Positions 60,147 to 64,000 of a stretch of 64,000 nucleotides of DNA are shown here, one piece after another; positions within the stretch are counted from its first letter, which is position 1; every line of letters begins with the position of its first letter. The notes under the pieces were generated by a model, which was not told the DNA's origin, made no database searches, and saw only the letters and a program-made list of their open reading frames with translations. The stretch lies in the sequence record OZ035789.1; one strand, written 5' to 3'. Source of the DNA: Tequatrovirus BCH953P4. A program made the translations under genes and the position numbers.

Positions 60147-63100
60147 CAGTAAAAGCACCTTCAGTCACTAGTCTCAGAATTTCCAAGTTATCCGCAAATC
60201 AGGTGCAAGTACGCTGGGATGACGTTGGTGCTAATTTCTACTATTTTGTAGAAATCGCTGAGACAAAAACAAACTCGGGGGAAAAACTCCCGAGTGATCA
60301 ATATCGTTGGATTAATTTAGGATATACAGCAAATAATAGTTTCTTTTTTGATGATGCTGATCCATTAACAACATACATTATTAGAGTAGCTACAGCTGCG
60401 CAAGATTTTGAGCAGTCTGATTGGATTTATACCGAAGAGTTTGAAACTTTTGCTACAAATGCTTATACATTTCAAAACATGATTGAAATGCAATTAGCTA
60501 ATAAATTCATTCAGGAAAAATTTACTCTTAATAATTCTGATTATGTTAATTTTAATAATGACACTATAATGGCTGCATTGATGAATGAATCATTTCAATT
60601 CAGCCCATCATATGTTGATGTTTCATCAATCAGTAATTTTATTATTGGTGAAAATGAGTATCATGAAATACAAGGTTCCATTCAGCAAGTATGTAAGGAT
60701 ATTAACCGTGTTTATTTGATGGAATCAGAAGGGATTCTATATCTTTTTGAGCGTTATCAGCCTGTAGTTAAAGTATCTAATGATAAAGGACAAACCTGGA
60801 AAGCTGTAAAGCTCTTCAATGACCGTGTAGGATATCCTTTATCTAAGACAGTATATTACCAATCTGCGAACACAACATACGTTCTAGGATACGACAAGAT
60901 TTTCTATGGCCGCAAATCTACTGATGTTAGATGGTCAGCCGATGATGTCAGATTTAGTTCCCAGGATATAACATTTGCTAAACTTGGCGACCAGTTACAT
61001 TTAGGATTTGATGTAGAAATCTTCGCTACTTATGCTACTTTACCAGCGAATGTATACCGTATAGCTGAGGCTATTACTTGCACGGATGATTATATCTATG
61101 TTGTTGCCAGAGATAAAGTTAGATACATAAAAACGAGTAATGCACCCATAGATTCTGATCCATTATCCCCAACATATTCGGAAAGACTTTTTGAACCTGA
61201 CACAATGACTATAACCGGAAATCCTAAAGCAGTATGCTATAAAATGGATTCTGTTGGTGATAAAGTTTTTGCTCTTATTATTGGTGAAGTTGAAACATTA
61301 AATGCCAATCCGAGAACTTCAAAAATAATTGATTCCTCTGATAAAGGAATATATGTTTTAAATCATGACGAAAAGACATGGAAAAGAGTTTTCGGTAATA
61401 CCGAAGAAGAAAGAAGACGTATTCAACCCGGATATGCGAATATGTCAACTGATGGTAAATTAGTTTCTCTGTCTTCGAGTAATTTTAAATTTTTAAGCGA
61501 TAATGTTGTTAATGACCCTGAAACTGTGGTGAAATATCAGTTAATCGGTGCTGTTAAATATGAATTTCCTCGTGAATGGTTAACTGATAAGCATTATCAT
61601 ATGATGGCATTTATAGCGGATGAAACATCTGATTGGGAGACTTTTACTCCTCAACCAATGAAATACTACGCAGAACCATTCTTTAACTGGTCTAAAAAAT
61701 CTAACACGCGTTGTTGGATAAACAACTCTGATAGAGTTGTAGTAGTTTATGCTGATTTAAAATACACCAAAGTTATAGAAAATATTCCGGAAACATCACC
61801 AGATAGATTAGTTCATGAATACTGGGATGATGGTGATTGCACTATAGTAATGCCAAATGTTAAATTCACTGGATTTAAAAAATACGCATCAGGAATGCTT
61901 TTCTACAAAGCCTCCGGTGAAATAATTTCTTACTATGATTTTAACTATCGTGTGAGAGATACAGTAGAAATTATTTGGAAACCTACTGAAGTATTTTTGA
62001 AAGCATTTTTACAAAACCAAGAGCATGAGACTCCTTGGTCACCAGAAGAAGAGCGTGGACTAGCTGACCCCGATTTAAGACCATTAATTGGCACAATGAT
62101 GCCTGATTCTTATTTGCTACAGGATTCGAATTTTGAAGCATTTTGCGAAGCATATATTCAGTATCTTTCTGATGGATATGGAACTCAATACAATAATTTA
62201 CGAAATTTAATTCGTAACAAATATCCACGAGAAGAGCATGCATGGGAATATTTGTGGTCAGAGATATATAAAAGAAACATTTATTTAAATGCTGATAAAC
62301 GCGATGCTGTTGCGAGATTCTTTGAATCACGTAGCTACGATTTTTATTCTACTAAAGGAATTGAAGCATCATACAAGTTTCTTTTTAAAGTTCTTTATAA
62401 TGAAGAAGTTGAAATTGAAATTGAATCTGGGGCTGGTACTGAATATGATATAATCGTTCAATCTGATTCTTTGACTGAAGATTTAGTAGGACAAACGATT
62501 TATACAGCTACAGGAAGATGTAATGTTACTTATATAGAAAGAAGCTATTCTAATGGTAAATTGCAATGGACCGTAACTATTCATAATCTTTTGGGACGAT
62601 TAATTGCTGGTCAAGAAGTTAAAGCAGAAAGACTCCCTAGTTTTGAAGGCGAAATTATTCGTGGCGTTAAAGGAAAGGATTTGCTTCAAAACAATATAGA
62701 CTATATTAATAGAAGTAGATCATACTATGTAATGAAAATTAAATCCAATTTACCTTCTTCCCGCTGGAAATCTGACGTTATTCGTTTTGTTCATCCAGTA
62801 GGATTTGGATTTATAGCAATTACCCTTTTAACAATGTTTATTAATGTTGGTTTAACTCTTAAACATACAGAGACTATAATTAATAAATACAAAAACTATA
62901 AATGGGATTCTGGATTGCCTACTGAATACGCTGATAGAGTAGCTAAATTAACTCCAGCTGGTGAAATTGAACATGATCCAGTAACAGGCGAAGCAATTTA
63001 TGAACCTGGTCCAAAGGCTGGTGTAAAATATCCTCTTCCTGATGACTATAATGCTGAAAATAATAATTCAATATTTCAAGGTCAATTGCCGTCTGAACGA

Positions 63101-63241
63101 CGTAAATTAATGAGTCCTTTATTTGATGCATCTGGAACAACATTTGCGCAATTTAGAGATTTAGTTAATAAACGTCTAAAAGATAATATAGGAAATCCAA
63201 GAGACCCTGAAAATCCAACACAGGTTAAAATAGATGAATGA
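60143..63241 (+). CDS. 7: baseplate wedge protein gp7
   Basis: 1032 aa as in T4 gp7; 4-bp overlap with gene 6. Confidence 0.9.
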   Translation: MTVKAPSVTSLRISKLSANQVQVRWDDVGANFYYFVEIAETKTNSGEKLPSDQYRWINLGYTANNSFFFDDADPLTTYIIRVATAAQDFEQSDWIYTEEFETFATNAYTFQNMIEMQLANKFIQEKFTLNNSDYVNFNNDTIMAALMNESFQFSPSYVDVSSISNFIIGENEYHEIQGSIQQVCKDINRVYLMESEGILYLFERYQPVVKVSNDKGQTWKAVKLFNDRVGYPLSKTVYYQSANTTYVLGYDKIFYGRKSTDVRWSADDVRFSSQDITFAKLGDQLHLGFDVEIFATYATLPANVYRIAEAITCTDDYIYVVARDKVRYIKTSNAPIDSDPLSPTYSERLFEPDTMTITGNPKAVCYKMDSVGDKVFALIIGEVETLNANPRTSKIIDSSDKGIYVLNHDEKTWKRVFGNTEEERRRIQPGYANMSTDGKLVSLSSSNFKFLSDNVVNDPETVVKYQLIGAVKYEFPREWLTDKHYHMMAFIADETSDWETFTPQPMKYYAEPFFNWSKKSNTRCWINNSDRVVVVYADLKYTKVIENIPETSPDRLVHEYWDDGDCTIVMPNVKFTGFKKYASGMLFYKASGEIISYYDFNYRVRDTVEIIWKPTEVFLKAFLQNQEHETPWSPEEERGLADPDLRPLIGTMMPDSYLLQDSNFEAFCEAYIQYLSDGYGTQYNNLRNLIRNKYPREEHAWEYLWSEIYKRNIYLNADKRDAVARFFESRSYDFYSTKGIEASYKFLFKVLYNEEVEIEIESGAGTEYDIIVQSDSLTEDLVGQTIYTATGRCNVTYIERSYSNGKLQWTVTIHNLLGRLIAGQEVKAERLPSFEGEIIRGVKGKDLLQNNIDYINRSRSYYVMKIKSNLPSSRWKSDVIRFVHPVGFGFIAITLLTMFINVGLTLKHTETIINKYKNYKWDSGLPTEYADRVAKLTPAGEIEHDPVTGEAIYEPGPKAGVKYPLPDDYNAENNNSIFQGQLPSERRKLMSPLFDASGTTFAQFRDLVNKRLKDNIGNPRDPENPTQVKIDE

Positions 63242-64000
63242 TTCAAGTGTTATCTATCGTGCGATAGTTACTTCAAAATTTAGAACAGAAAAAATGTTGA
63301 ATTTTTATAATTCAATTGGAAGTGGTCCGGATAAAAACACTATCTTTATCACATTTGGAAGATCAGAACCGTGGTCATCAAATGAAAATGAGGTGGGCTT
63401 TGCCCCACCTTATCCAACCGATTCTGTATTAGGCGTAACTGACATGTGGACGCATATGATGGGAACAGTAAAAGTTCTTCCATCAATGCTTGATGCAGTT
63501 ATTCCTCGTAGAGATTGGGGAGATACTCGATATCCTGATCCATACACATTTAGAATTAATGACATTGTAGTGTGTAACTCAGCTCCTTACAACGCTACTG
63601 AATCCGGCGCAGGCTGGTTAGTATATCGTTGTTTAGACGTTCCTGATACTGGAATGTGCTCAATAGCATCTTTAACTGATAAGGATGAATGCCTTAAATT
63701 AGGCGGAAAATGGACACCTTCTGTTAGATCAATGACTCCTCCTGAAGGTCGAGGAGATGCTGAAGGAACAATTGAACCCGGAGACGGGTATGTGTGGGAA
63801 TATCTATTTGAGATTCCGCCTGATGTATCTATAAATAGATGCACGAATGAATATATCGTGGTTCCTTGGCCTGAGGAATTAAAAGAAGACCCGACTAGAT
63901 GGGGGTATGAAGATAATCTCACTTGGCAACAAGATGATTTTGGATTAATTTACCGTGTTAAGGCAAATACTATCCGTTTTAAAGCATATTTAGATTCAGT
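63238..64000 (+). CDS. 8: baseplate wedge protein gp8 (5' partial, runs off the window)
   Basis: ATG at 63238 overlapping the gene 7 stop; translation begins MNDSSVIYRAIVTSKFR; frame open to the window end. Confidence 0.8.

Noticed and set aside
63587-63922. 111-aa minus-strand ORF inside gene 8
   Set aside because: Antisense to a strongly supported structural gene; composition is proline/serine-rich with no start context.

Overview
This window is a T-even (T4-like) myovirus segment, very close to T4 but not identical. Nearly all genes from uvsX to gene 4 are on the minus strand (DNA replication, recombination, nucleotide metabolism and early/middle accessory genes). At about 55.0 kb the strand switches to plus-strand late baseplate genes 53, 5, 5.1, 5.4, 6, 7 and the start of 8. 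Recognisable core genes include uvsX, 42, imm, 43, regA, 62, 44, 45, rpbA, 46, 47, alpha-gt, 55, nrdH, nrdG, an intron-split nrdD, 49, nrdC, rI, tk, regB, denV, e, nudE, 57B, 57A, 1, 3, 2 and 4. There is a cluster of eight tRNA genes (Gln, Leu, Gly, Pro, Ser, Thr, CAU-anticodon Ile/Met, Arg) split by a segB-like GIY-YIG endonuclease. Differences from T4 as I remember it: a 280-aa DxD glycosyltransferase sits where beta-gt should be, there are extra free-standing GIY-YIG and HNH homing endonucleases, and the internal-protein genes differ. Regulatory signals are dense: sigma70-type early promoters, TATAAATA late promoters, and a family of GC-rich hairpins that read as UUCG-type tetraloops on the transcribed strand. 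The best candidates for undescribed biology are in the nrdC-to-tk accessory block: an operon ending in a nucleotidyltransferase-fold protein preceded by a multi-pass membrane protein, an AAA+ ATPase, three consecutive proteins sharing a C-terminal coiled-coil module, and a macro-domain protein. All gene names come from reading the translations and from remembered T4 gene order and lengths; no database search was run.
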